Below, piece after piece: positions 1-9,064 of a DNA stretch of 64,000 bases. A program made the position numbers and the translations under genes. The first letter of the stretch is position 1, and every line of letters begins with the position of its first letter. This stretch comes from Balneolales bacterium (GTDB lineage: Bacteria; Bacteroidota; Rhodothermia; Balneolales; Natronogracilivirgulaceae). A model generated the notes under the pieces. That model was not told the origin of the DNA. It saw only the letters and a list, made by a program, of their open reading frames with translations, and did no database searches. Location of the stretch: assembly GCA_040905685.1 (NCBI GenBank), contig JBBDRB010000040.1, forward strand, positions 19,084-83,083, read 5' to 3'.

Positions 1-951
1 ATCGGTACCAAGGTATGCACAAGCCTTCAGGAAGCACGCGAACAGTTGGTTTCTATCCGGCGTACCGTTTCGGGGATCGCAAAAAAACACGGACTGAGTA
101 TTATTGCTGCCGGCTCCCATCCGTTCTCGAAATGGAAAGATCAAAATATCACCGAACATGCCCGTTACCGCGGACTGGAGCTTGAGAACAAACGCCTGGC
201 CCGCCAGCTGCTCATTTGCGGCATGCACATGCATATCGGGATGGATGACGACGAAATGCGCATTGATATCATGAATCAGCTGAGCTATTTTTGCCCGCAT
301 CTTCTTTGCCTGTCGGCAAGTTCCCCTTTCTGGGGCGGACATGATACCGGACTGCAATCCTATCGGTCCGTGATATTTGAATGCCTTCCCAGGACGGGAA
401 TACCACCCCATTTCCGTTCATGGGGAGATTACCAGGACTTTATTGATCTTTCGGTGAAATTGAACTGCATTGATGAACCCACTAAGATCCGATGGGATAT
501 TCGTCCGTCTCCCAAATTCCCCACCCTGGAAATCCGGATCGCCGACGTCTGTCCGAAACTGGATGAAACCATCGCCATTTGCGCCCTGAAGATCGCTCTG
601 GTTGCCAAACTGAAAAAAATGCAGCGCAGCAACCAGTCCTGGCGCAAATACAGAAAAGAGCTGATTCAGGAAAATAAATGGCGGGCCGTACGCTATGGAT
701 TGAATGGCAAGCTGCTGGATTTGGGCCGGAAGCGCGAAGAGGAAGCCCGCAAGCTGATCTTTCAACTGTTGACCTTCGTCGATGATGTGGCCGACGATCT
801 CAATATCCGGGAAGAGCTTTCGTATATCCACAATATTCTGGCCGACGGCAATTCGGCCGACCGGCAACTCGCCGTATATAAACAGAACGAAGATACCAAA
901 GATGTCGTCGATCTGCTGATTCAGGAAACCATGATGGGCATCGACCAGTGA
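1..951 (+). CDS. carboxylate-amine ligase, YbdK/GCS2 family (5' end cut by window edge)
   Basis: Frame 1 is open from base 1, with no stop before the listed Met at 46, so the gene is truncated by the window edge. The translation (LLICGMHMHIG, SSPFWGG, ECLPRTGIPP, WDIRP..PTLEIR) fits the glutamate-cysteine ligase family 2 / YbdK pattern by recall. Confidence 0.85.
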   Translation: MGTKVCTSLQEAREQLVSIRRTVSGIAKKHGLSIIAAGSHPFSKWKDQNITEHARYRGLELENKRLARQLLICGMHMHIGMDDDEMRIDIMNQLSYFCPHLLCLSASSPFWGGHDTGLQSYRSVIFECLPRTGIPPHFRSWGDYQDFIDLSVKLNCIDEPTKIRWDIRPSPKFPTLEIRIADVCPKLDETIAICALKIALVAKLKKMQRSNQSWRKYRKELIQENKWRAVRYGLNGKLLDLGRKREEEARKLIFQLLTFVDDVADDLNIREELSYIHNILADGNSADRQLAVYKQNEDTKDVVDLLIQETMMGIDQ

Positions 952-955
952 CTGA

Positions 956-1621
956 ATGAAGCTTGCCCTGTTATACCCGGCTTATTTGCCAAACCTGTAT
1001 TATCTTTCCTGCCTGTTGCAGGCCGATCGTACCATTATGCTCGATACCGAACCCTTTTCACGGAAAAGCCGCGTTCACCGGGGGAAAATACGAACTCCCG
1101 AAGGATTTCAATGGCTTAATGTACCCATTCCCACAGAAGACAGGAAAAAGCCTGTACATCAGGTGCGAATAGACCACGGCCTGAACTGGGTGAACAAGCA
1201 TATGATGGCCCTGGAATACAACTACCGCAACAGCATCTATTTTGACTTTTATGAACCTGAGATCCGCTCCGATCTGCAGCAGGCCAAAGAGCATGAACGG
1301 CTCTCGGAATTTATCCGTTTTTTTATGGAGCGTCTGTTCATCTATCTGCAGGTTGATGTGACCCCTGAATGGGCCAGCCGGATTCCCGGCTATTTTTCCA
1401 ACCCCGACCGTTTTGCCTCCCGCCTCGGTGCTACCGAGGTTTTTCAGGAAGAAAACAGCCGTAATTATCAGCGCCAGTCATCGCTGCGTTCCGACCCTGA
1501 TTTCATCCATCCCCACTATGCCCAGCATTTCGGGGATTTTGTGCCCGACCTGAGCCTGCTGGACCTGCTGTTCCAGCTGGGCCCGTCGGCCTATGAAGTC
1601 ACCGGCCGATTGCAAAGGTAA
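956..1621 (+). CDS. WbqC family protein
   Basis: The N-terminal pattern (MKLALLYPAYLP..Y, SRVHRGKIRTPEGFQWLNVPI, W..KH...LEYNYRNS.YF) resembles the WbqC-like family (PF08889) by recall. It starts 4 nt after the preceding stop, which suggests an operon. Confidence 0.65.
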   Translation: MKLALLYPAYLPNLYYLSCLLQADRTIMLDTEPFSRKSRVHRGKIRTPEGFQWLNVPIPTEDRKKPVHQVRIDHGLNWVNKHMMALEYNYRNSIYFDFYEPEIRSDLQQAKEHERLSEFIRFFMERLFIYLQVDVTPEWASRIPGYFSNPDRFASRLGATEVFQEENSRNYQRQSSLRSDPDFIHPHYAQHFGDFVPDLSLLDLLFQLGPSAYEVTGRLQR

Positions 1622-1681
1622 TTATTATGCTCCCTACTCCATAATTTTGTAGATTTATGGAAAATCATTAAGGAGATTACA

Positions 1682-3760
1682 TTGGCGAAATCAGACGCAA
1701 ATTATACAGAACCGGCTGACGGGGTCAGCATCAGGCCACTGTATACGGCCGAAGACCTCAAAGATATTCACCATATAGGTTCGCTTCCGGGTTCTTTTCC
1801 CTATACCCGTGGTCCGTATCCTACCATGTATACCGAAAGGCCATGGACCATTCGCCAATATGCCGGATTTTCCACGGCCGGGGAATCAAACGCCTTTTAC
1901 CGCAAGGCGCTACAGGAGGGACAGCGCGGATTAAGTGTAGCCTTTGACCTTGCCACGCACCGGGGGTATGATTCCGACCACCCGCGCGTTGAAGGCGATG
2001 TCGGTAAAGCCGGCGTGGCCATTGATTCGGTCGAGGATATGAAAATACTTTTCTACCGCATACCGCTGGATAAAATGTCGGTTTCGATGACCATGAACGG
2101 GGCGGTATTGCCGGTGCTGGCGAATTTCATTGTAGCGGCCGAAGAACAGGGCATCGGCCGCGATAAACTGAACGGGACCATCCAGAATGACATCCTCAAG
2201 GAATTCATGGTTCGCAATACCTATATCTATCCCCCGGATCCCTCTATGCGTATTGTCTCGGATATTATAGAATACACCAGCCGTCATATGCCCCGGTTTA
2301 ATTCCGTGTCCATTTCCGGCTATCATATGCAGGAAGCCGGGGCCACGGCAGTTCAGGAACTTGCCTTTACCCTGGCTGACGGCATGGAATACGTTAGTGC
2401 TGCCCTGGACAAGGGGTTGGAAGTGGATGATTTTGCCCCCCGCCTGTCCTTCTTTTTTGGGCTGGGAATGAATTTTCTGACCGAGGTTAGCAAGTTGCGC
2501 GCGGCCAGGACGTTATGGGCTGAACTGATGAAGGAAAGGTTCAATCCCAAAAACCCAAAATCACTGATGCTACGGACCCATTGCCAGACATCGGGCTGGA
2601 GCCTGACAGCGCGGGATCCGCTGAATAACATCGTACGAACCACTATTGAAGCTATGGCCGGTGTATTGGGCGGGACGCAGTCGCTGCATACCAACTCGTA
2701 TGATGAAGCCTTGTCGCTGCCTACGAAAACCGCCGCCCGGGTGGCCCGTAACACACAATTAATCCTTCAGGAAGAAACTGACCTATGCCATACTGCAGAT
2801 CCACTTGCCGGTTCGTATGCCATAGAAAGCCTGACAGCACGGCTGGTAAAAGAAGCCCGGGCATTAATTGCAGAAACAGATGCTTTGGGAGGCATGGCTA
2901 AAGCCATCGAACAGGGAATGCCTGCTATGCGCATTACCGGGGCCGCTGCACGTAAACAGGCCGGTATCGACAAAGGGGAGATTACCATTGTGGGGGTCAA
3001 CAAATACCAGGCCGGCAAAACCGATCCCGTGGAAATTCTAAATATTGACAATACGGAGGTTTTGCGTCAGCAGGTGGAAAGGCTGCAGAGAATAAAATCA
3101 GGAAGGGATGAGAAGATGGTTCGCCGGGCCTTGAAGGAGCTTACCGTGGCCGCCGGAAAAAAGGAGGGTAAGAATTTACTGGAGCTGGCCGTCGGGGCCG
3201 CCCGCGCCAGAGCAACGGTCGGTGAGATATCCGGTGCCCTGGAAGAAGTCTGGGGCCGGCACACGGCACAGTCCGGGAATCTTTCGGGGATCTATGAAAG
3301 CATGTATAAAAATGATGAATTGTATCAGCAAATCAGGCAAAAAGTCGTAGGTTTTGCTCAAACCGCCGGCCGGCGGCCCCGCATACTGGTGGCCAAGGTG
3401 GGACAGGACGGGCACGACCGGGGGGCGAAAGTGGTGGCCACCGCTTTTGCCGATCTGGGTTTTGACGTCGACATCGGCCCACTGTTCTCCACTCCGGAAG
3501 AGGTGGCCCGGCAGGCGGTCGAAAATGACGTCCATGCGATCGGGATCTCGACCCTGGCGGCCGGTCACAAAACCCTGATCCCTAACATGATGAAAGAACT
3601 GCAAAATCTCGGGGCCGGCGATATTGTCGTGATCGCCGGTGGGGTGATCCCGGAACAGGATCACGAGTATTTACGCTCAGTTGGGGTTAGGGAGATATTC
3701 GGCCCGGGTACGAACATTCCCATGGCCGCCTCACGCGTAATTGATGTGATAACACGATGA
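1682..3760 (+). CDS. scpA: methylmalonyl-CoA mutase (single-chain catalytic plus B12-binding domain)
   Basis: 692 aa. It has the [11 protein letters not shown] and [11 protein letters not shown] motifs and a C-terminal cobalamin-binding domain ([13 protein letters not shown]). The TTG start lies 6 nt after AAGGAG. Confidence 0.93.
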   Translation: MAKSDANYTEPADGVSIRPLYTAEDLKDIHHIGSLPGSFPYTRGPYPTMYTERPWTIRQYAGFSTAGESNAFYRKALQEGQRGLSVAFDLATHRGYDSDHPRVEGDVGKAGVAIDSVEDMKILFYRIPLDKMSVSMTMNGAVLPVLANFIVAAEEQGIGRDKLNGTIQNDILKEFMVRNTYIYPPDPSMRIVSDIIEYTSRHMPRFNSVSISGYHMQEAGATAVQELAFTLADGMEYVSAALDKGLEVDDFAPRLSFFFGLGMNFLTEVSKLRAARTLWAELMKERFNPKNPKSLMLRTHCQTSGWSLTARDPLNNIVRTTIEAMAGVLGGTQSLHTNSYDEALSLPTKTAARVARNTQLILQEETDLCHTADPLAGSYAIESLTARLVKEARALIAETDALGGMAKAIEQGMPAMRITGAAARKQAGIDKGEITIVGVNKYQAGKTDPVEILNIDNTEVLRQQVERLQRIKSGRDEKMVRRALKELTVAAGKKEGKNLLELAVGAARARATVGEISGALEEVWGRHTAQSGNLSGIYESMYKNDELYQQIRQKVVGFAQTAGRRPRILVAKVGQDGHDRGAKVVATAFADLGFDVDIGPLFSTPEEVARQAVENDVHAIGISTLAAGHKTLIPNMMKELQNLGAGDIVVIAGGVIPEQDHEYLRSVGVREIFGPGTNIPMAASRVIDVITR

Positions 3761-4749
3761 GCCTTACCGCAGCCGCCATACAGGATATCGAAGCCGGCAT
3801 TGCCGGGGGTGATCGCCGCATGCTGGCTAAAGGCATCACCCTGGTTGAGAGTCACCGCAAGCAGGATACCGGAGCCGCTCAGCATATCCTGGAAAAGGTG
3901 ATGAATCAGACGGGCCGATCTGTCCGGGTCGGCATTACCGGGGTGCCCGGCGTGGGGAAGAGTACCTTTATTGAAACGCTGGGAATGCAGCTGATCGGTC
4001 ATGGGCACCGGATTGCCGTGCTGGCCGTCGACCCCAGCAGCCCCCGGTCAGGTGGCAGTATTCTGGGTGACAAGACCCGGATGCCCGCATTGTCGATGCG
4101 GCCGGAAGCATTTATCCGTCCATCCCCGGCGGGGGGAATCCATGGTGGTGTTGCCGGGAAAACCCGGGAAACCATGCTGCTTTGTGAAGCCGCCGGTTAT
4201 GATGTGATCCTGGTGGAAACGGTAGGGGTGGGACAAGCGGAGGTTGAAGTGGCTTCCATGGTTGATTTTTTCATGGTATTGTTGCTTCCGGGAGCCGGAG
4301 ACGCGCTGCAGGGTATTAAAAAAGGAATTATCGAACTGGCCGATATGCTGGTTATTAATAAAGCTGACGGTGATAATCTGCCGGCGGCACGTCTGGCAAA
4401 AAGGGAATATGAGCAGGCCCTGCATCTGCTCAGGACGGGAACAGATTGCATCGAACTATGCAGTTCGGTGACGGGAGACGGGATTTCACGGGTTTGGGAT
4501 GAAGTAAACGAATACATCAGGAAAGGTAAACAAACCGGTCATTTTGAAACGAAGCGCAGAGACCAACTGTATGGCTGGATGACCCGGATGACCGAAGAGG
4601 CCGTTTTGCAGGATTTCAGGGAAGATGACAGAATGCGGAACGCGCTGGCTGCTTTCCGCTCGCAACTGGAAAAGGGGGAAACCACGCCGGTGATTGCCCG
4701 CAATAAGCTATTAAATTTGTACCGGAAAATTTCGGCTGACCGTATATGA
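3757..4749 (+). CDS. meaB: methylmalonyl-CoA mutase-associated GTPase MeaB (ArgK family)
   Basis: P-loop [12 protein letters not shown] and an NKAD motif. The ATGA start/stop overlap with the mutase gene indicates translational coupling. Confidence 0.93.
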   Translation: MSLTAAAIQDIEAGIAGGDRRMLAKGITLVESHRKQDTGAAQHILEKVMNQTGRSVRVGITGVPGVGKSTFIETLGMQLIGHGHRIAVLAVDPSSPRSGGSILGDKTRMPALSMRPEAFIRPSPAGGIHGGVAGKTRETMLLCEAAGYDVILVETVGVGQAEVEVASMVDFFMVLLLPGAGDALQGIKKGIIELADMLVINKADGDNLPAARLAKREYEQALHLLRTGTDCIELCSSVTGDGISRVWDEVNEYIRKGKQTGHFETKRRDQLYGWMTRMTEEAVLQDFREDDRMRNALAAFRSQLEKGETTPVIARNKLLNLYRKISADRI

Positions 4750-4751
4750 AG

Positions 4752-4783
4752 ATATCGCAAAAGTGGTTGTGCGATATTTTTCT
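4752..4783 (+). terminator. putative rho-independent terminator after meaB
   Basis: An 8-bp stem (atatcgca 4752-4759 / tgcgatat 4770-4777) with a 10-nt loop, followed by ttttctt. Confidence 0.5.
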
Positions 4784-4842
4784 TACCTTTATCATACCAC
4801 ATCAGGAAGATTTAAAAACCTATCAGGAGAGAGAATAAGGTT

Positions 4843-6018
4843 ATGAACGAACAGGTTCTGAAAGAGAAAAGCACGGGCCCCTTATCGGTATTTACCGAAG
4901 ATGAGCAAATGATAAAGGATGCTTCATCCCAATTTGCAAAAACCGTAATTGCTCCGCTGGTCTATACGATGGAAAAACAGGCACAGATTGATCCGGGGCT
5001 CATCCGTGAATGCTTCGATCATGGCCTGATGGGTATTGAAATTCCCGGCGAATACGGCGGAGCGGGCGGAACGTTCTTTATGTGCATTTTGGCCATAGAA
5101 GAAATAGCCAAAGTGGACGGTTCGGTCAGCGTGTTTATGGACGTTCAGAACACCCTGGTGAATAATGCCTTTATTCACTGGGGAAGTGAGGCCATTAAAA
5201 AAAAATATCTGAACCGCCTGGCCGGATCAGCCGTTGGAGCCTATGCCCTTTCTGAGCCATGGTCAGGCAGCGATGCCTTTTCACTTAAGGCCAGGGCCAG
5301 GAAAGACGGAGACGGTTACGTTCTCAACGGTACTAAACTCTGGATCACCAATGGGGCCGAGGCCGAAATATTTATTGTATTTGCCAATTTAAATCCTGAG
5401 GCGGGGCACCGGGGAATCACGGCTTTTGTAGTAGAAAAAGACTTTGAGGGTTTTACAGCAGGCCGTAAAGAAGATAAGCTGGGCATCCGGGCCAGCTCCA
5501 CGACTGAGCTGATCATGGAAGATTGTCGCGTACCGGCCGGCAACATTTTGGCCACGGAGGGCAAAGGCTATAAAGTGGCCATGGAAACCCTGAATGAAGG
5601 CAGGATAGGAATAGGTGCCCAAATGACAGGAATAGCCCAGGGCGCCTTTGAAGCGGCCGTGAGCTATTGTAAAGAACGCCGTCAGTTCGGCAGCCCACTG
5701 TCCGGCTTTCAGGCTATGCAGTTCCAGCTGGCCGAAATGGCAACCTGGATTGAAACGGCACGACTGTTGGTTTATAATACCGCACGTTTAAAAATGGCCG
5801 GACAGCCTTTTCTGAAGGAAGCGGCCATGGCCAAGTATTATTCGTCCGCCATAGCTGAAAAAGTGACTTCAGCGGCCGTAGAGATATTTGGCGGTTACGG
5901 ATACGTAAAAGATTATCCTGTGGAGAAGTATTACCGGGATGCCAAAATAGGTAAAATTTATGAGGGTACATCCTTCATGCAGCTGCAAACAATAGCCAAA
6001 GCCCTGCTGGCCGAATAG
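4843..6018 (+). CDS. acyl-CoA dehydrogenase (short/branched-chain type)
   Basis: 391 aa with typical ACAD motifs (YALSEPWSGSDA, KLWITNG, GGYGY..DYPVEKYYRDAKI..IYEGT). GGAGAG RBS upstream. Confidence 0.92.
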   Translation: MNEQVLKEKSTGPLSVFTEDEQMIKDASSQFAKTVIAPLVYTMEKQAQIDPGLIRECFDHGLMGIEIPGEYGGAGGTFFMCILAIEEIAKVDGSVSVFMDVQNTLVNNAFIHWGSEAIKKKYLNRLAGSAVGAYALSEPWSGSDAFSLKARARKDGDGYVLNGTKLWITNGAEAEIFIVFANLNPEAGHRGITAFVVEKDFEGFTAGRKEDKLGIRASSTTELIMEDCRVPAGNILATEGKGYKVAMETLNEGRIGIGAQMTGIAQGAFEAAVSYCKERRQFGSPLSGFQAMQFQLAEMATWIETARLLVYNTARLKMAGQPFLKEAAMAKYYSSAIAEKVTSAAVEIFGGYGYVKDYPVEKYYRDAKIGKIYEGTSFMQLQTIAKALLAE

Positions 6019-6033
6019 GACGCGACAGGCCCA

Positions 6034-6318
6034 TTAAACCATGTCTTCTTCCAGAGCCCATTGGTAAAGTTTATCATGAAGCTCATCATGATCATTGTCA
6101 GAACCGTTGAGGACCTTGTCGATATCCTTTTTGGAAAGCAGTACCAGACACCCCATTTCATTTAAGGCTTCGTCAAGTTTCTCCGGTTTGGTCGAGGATA
6201 GCTTCCGGAGATCGATGCCGGCTGATTTGTTGGTCAAATCCAGCAAACAATAAAACAAATCTTCCGGCTGGTCGCTAAACCCGAATACTTCAAGCTTGGT
6301 CTGTTCTTTTGTCAGCAT
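6034..6318 (-). CDS. hypothetical small acidic protein (94 aa)
   Basis: ATG-started ORF that fills the gap between two genes. I recognise no family. Coding status rests only on ORF length and the absence of a competing gene. Confidence 0.45.
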   Translation of the reverse strand: MLTKEQTKLEVFGFSDQPEDLFYCLLDLTNKSAGIDLRKLSSTKPEKLDEALNEMGCLVLLSKKDIDKVLNGSDNDHDELHDKLYQWALEEDMV

Positions 6319-6420
6319 GATATGCTCAATTTAGAATATTGTTTTTGATGAAGTTATAAACTCGTTTCGTAACCTGCAAAATATTATAAATAAAATTATA
6401 TAAATATTTATTTTATATAA

Positions 6421-7431
6421 TTACGCAAGGACAGATTCAATTTGGTCCAGTTCATCCGCGGAAAAGGTCCGGTTTTGAAGGCAGGCTACATTATCGTCTA
6501 TTTGGGCGGGGCTGCTGGCACCGATGATTACGGAGGTCATGTTCTTCAGGTTTAACACCCAGGCCAGGGCCATCTGGGCGAGACTTTGCCCCCGTTGAGC
6601 GGCCAGGTCGTTTAGTTTGCGGATCTGCCTTATCTTATCATCCGTAACCTCATCGCGTTGCAGGAAACCGTGGGCTGACGCTGCCCGTGAATTTCCGGGG
6701 ATGCCGTTCAGGTATTTATCGGTAAGCAAACCCTGTGCCAGGGGGGAAAAAGCTATACACCCCATCCCCTCTTCTTCCAGTACATCCAGCAAACCCTCTT
6801 CGGTCCACCGGTTGAACATGCTGCAAGAGGGCTGATGAATGATGGCCGGGGTTCCGAGATCCCGTAGCAGCCGGCCGGCCTGCTGCGTCTGGAGGGGATT
6901 ATAATTTGAAATACCTGCATATAGGGCTTTCCCCGAGCGTACGATATGAGCGAGGGCTCCCATGGTCTCTTCCATGGGAGTTTCCGGATCGGGACGGTGA
7001 TGATAGAAAATATCTACATAATCCAAACCCATACGTTTTAAACTTTGGTCCAGGCTGGAAATTATATGCTTGCGTGAACCCCATTCCCCGAGCGGGCCAT
7101 CCCACATCAAATATCCTGCTTTGGAACTGATGATCAGCTCGTCACGCCAGGCTCCCATATCCTCCCGGAGTATCCGGCCAAGCGTTTCCTCGGCCGAGCC
7201 CGGCGGAGGTCCGTAATTATTAGCTAAATCAAAATGATTAATGCCCAGGTCAAAAGCACGGTGAAGCATGGACCGGGAATTCTCCAGATCATCTACACCG
7301 CCGAAGTTATGCCATAGTCCGAGCGAAATGGCCGGTAACTTTAAACCGCTGTTCCCACACCGGTTATAAGGCATGGTCTGGTAGCGTTCGGCCTGGGGTT
7401 TGTACGGTATGTTCATAGGGTGGGTATTCAT
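6421..7431 (-). CDS. aldo/keto reductase (YghZ / Kv-beta-like)
   Basis: 336 aa. GLWHNFG, INHFDLANNYG, DIFYHHRPD and GISNY are characteristic of the AKR family. Confidence 0.9.
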   Translation of the reverse strand: MNTHPMNIPYKPQAERYQTMPYNRCGNSGLKLPAISLGLWHNFGGVDDLENSRSMLHRAFDLGINHFDLANNYGPPPGSAEETLGRILREDMGAWRDELIISSKAGYLMWDGPLGEWGSRKHIISSLDQSLKRMGLDYVDIFYHHRPDPETPMEETMGALAHIVRSGKALYAGISNYNPLQTQQAGRLLRDLGTPAIIHQPSCSMFNRWTEEGLLDVLEEEGMGCIAFSPLAQGLLTDKYLNGIPGNSRAASAHGFLQRDEVTDDKIRQIRKLNDLAAQRGQSLAQMALAWVLNLKNMTSVIIGASSPAQIDDNVACLQNRTFSADELDQIESVLA

Positions 7432-7458
7432 GGGATGATGTTATTTTTCGGCGCCGGA

Positions 7459-8328
7459 TCAGAAATCCTGGATGACGGCCTGTACCTGACTGGCATAGGC
7501 CCGCCCGAACATGTTAACGTGAACCAGCAGGGGATAGAGATTGTAGATATCGACTCTTTCCTCAAAACCCGGCTGAAGCGGATAGGCCTCATTATAGGCG
7601 TCATAAAAAGAAGGGTCGAATCCCCCGAAAAGCTTGGTGAAAGACAGTTCAATTTCCCGGTTTCCATAATAGACGGCCGGGTCCACCAGGGCAGCCTGCT
7701 GGCCGGAAAGGCAAAGAAAGTTACCGTTCCACAGGTCACCGTGCAATAAGCCGGGTTTTTCGCTGGGCAGCAGGTCAGGCAGCATATCGATCAGCCGTTC
7801 AAAGTTTTGGATGAGTGTAGCCGGGAGCTGGGCGGAATCAACGGCCATTTCAAACTGGGGTCGCATGCGACGTTCGACAAGAAAATGAATCCAGTCTACT
7901 GATGGGGAGTTGTCCTGGGGCAGCCGTCCTATGAAATTATCGTGATCGAGTCCGAACGTATCGTTGGTGTGCTGGTGAAGCCGGGCCAGGTCTCTTCCGA
8001 AGTTTTCATAGAAAGAATATCCGGGTGACTGCGCTTGCAGGAATTCCATCACCAGGAAAGACAGATCCTGATCGGGAACGGTCTCCCAACCGGCTACCTT
8101 CGGAAAAACTAATCCGGTTCCGGCCGCATCAAGAATCCTTAATCCTTTTGCTTCCGTTTCAAACATCATGGAAAGATCGGCCCTGTTCCACTTTACAAAC
8201 CAGGTATCTCCGTTTTTCAGCCTTACACAGGCCGCATCATTGATACTACCCCCCGTTACGGGTTCGGCAGTATCCACTTGGCTGTTAAAGGTATGCTGAA
8301 AATATCTTTTTAAAGTTTTGTTTAGCAT
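7459..8328 (-). CDS. fructosamine/ketosamine-3-kinase family protein
   Basis: 289 aa. It has LLHGDLWNGNF plus the aminoglycoside-kinase-like fold pattern typical of FN3K homologues. Confidence 0.85.
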   Translation of the reverse strand: MLNKTLKRYFQHTFNSQVDTAEPVTGGSINDAACVRLKNGDTWFVKWNRADLSMMFETEAKGLRILDAAGTGLVFPKVAGWETVPDQDLSFLVMEFLQAQSPGYSFYENFGRDLARLHQHTNDTFGLDHDNFIGRLPQDNSPSVDWIHFLVERRMRPQFEMAVDSAQLPATLIQNFERLIDMLPDLLPSEKPGLLHGDLWNGNFLCLSGQQAALVDPAVYYGNREIELSFTKLFGGFDPSFYDAYNEAYPLQPGFEERVDIYNLYPLLVHVNMFGRAYASQVQAVIQDF

Positions 8329-8336
8329 GGTAATGG

Positions 8337-8852
8337 TCAGGCCTTGTTATTAACAAACTGCCGGAGTTGATCGACCAGATTGTCGCAGGATCGCCAGATT
8401 ATCTCATAAACGTTCTCGAACCCGTTTATACCACCAAAGTAAGGATCGGGTACCTGTCCGTCTCCGGGCTCGGGATCAAATTTGCGTAATGTTGTAATCT
8501 TGGTGGTATGGTCACCGGAACGGTCAAGTGTTTTCAGGGCCTCCCGGTTCTCAAAGTCCATGGCCACGATCAGGTCATAGTAATTGAGATCGACGGGTTC
8601 AAATTTCCGCGCCCGCGAAAGAAGGGGCGTTCCGTAGCGACCGGCAATCATCCGGCTTTTCGAATTAGCCGGCTCCCCGATATGCCAGGCGGAAGTTCCG
8701 GCCGAGTCTATTTCAAAGTATTCGTCCAGGCCCCCTTCCCTTATAATTCTCTGGAATATACCTTCGGCCGTCGGACTGCGGCAGATGTTGCCCAGGCAAA
8801 CAAAACAGATTTTGAACGGCTTGTCTTTGGTAATGGTTTCTGGCTTTAACAT
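8337..8852 (-). CDS. low-molecular-weight protein-tyrosine-phosphatase family protein
   Basis: The active-site loop CLGNICRSP and a DPYY/F-type DP motif (VPDPYFG) are present. Confidence 0.9.
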   Translation of the reverse strand: MLKPETITKDKPFKICFVCLGNICRSPTAEGIFQRIIREGGLDEYFEIDSAGTSAWHIGEPANSKSRMIAGRYGTPLLSRARKFEPVDLNYYDLIVAMDFENREALKTLDRSGDHTTKITTLRKFDPEPGDGQVPDPYFGGINGFENVYEIIWRSCDNLVDQLRQFVNNKA

Positions 8853-9064
8853 TAATAATCCGGAATATTATATAGTCATCAACATTAACCCTATGATGCA
8901 ATGGATATTGTATGCGATAGCATACGGCATTCATGATAAATAAAGTTATAATATATTACCGGGATCCGCATTATTACCCGGGCTAAAGACTCCTGTTATA
9001 TCATATTTTTTTGTATATTGAGAGCTTATCAATTTTTAAAGAACGGCAATAGAATTTATCTTTT

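Noticed and set aside
1622-1681. A cobalamin riboswitch near the B12-dependent mutase, or ahead of the TonB receptor (61251-61473).
   Set aside because: The mutase leader is only 60 nt. The receptor leader is almost pure A/T with no B12-box-like GC-rich core.
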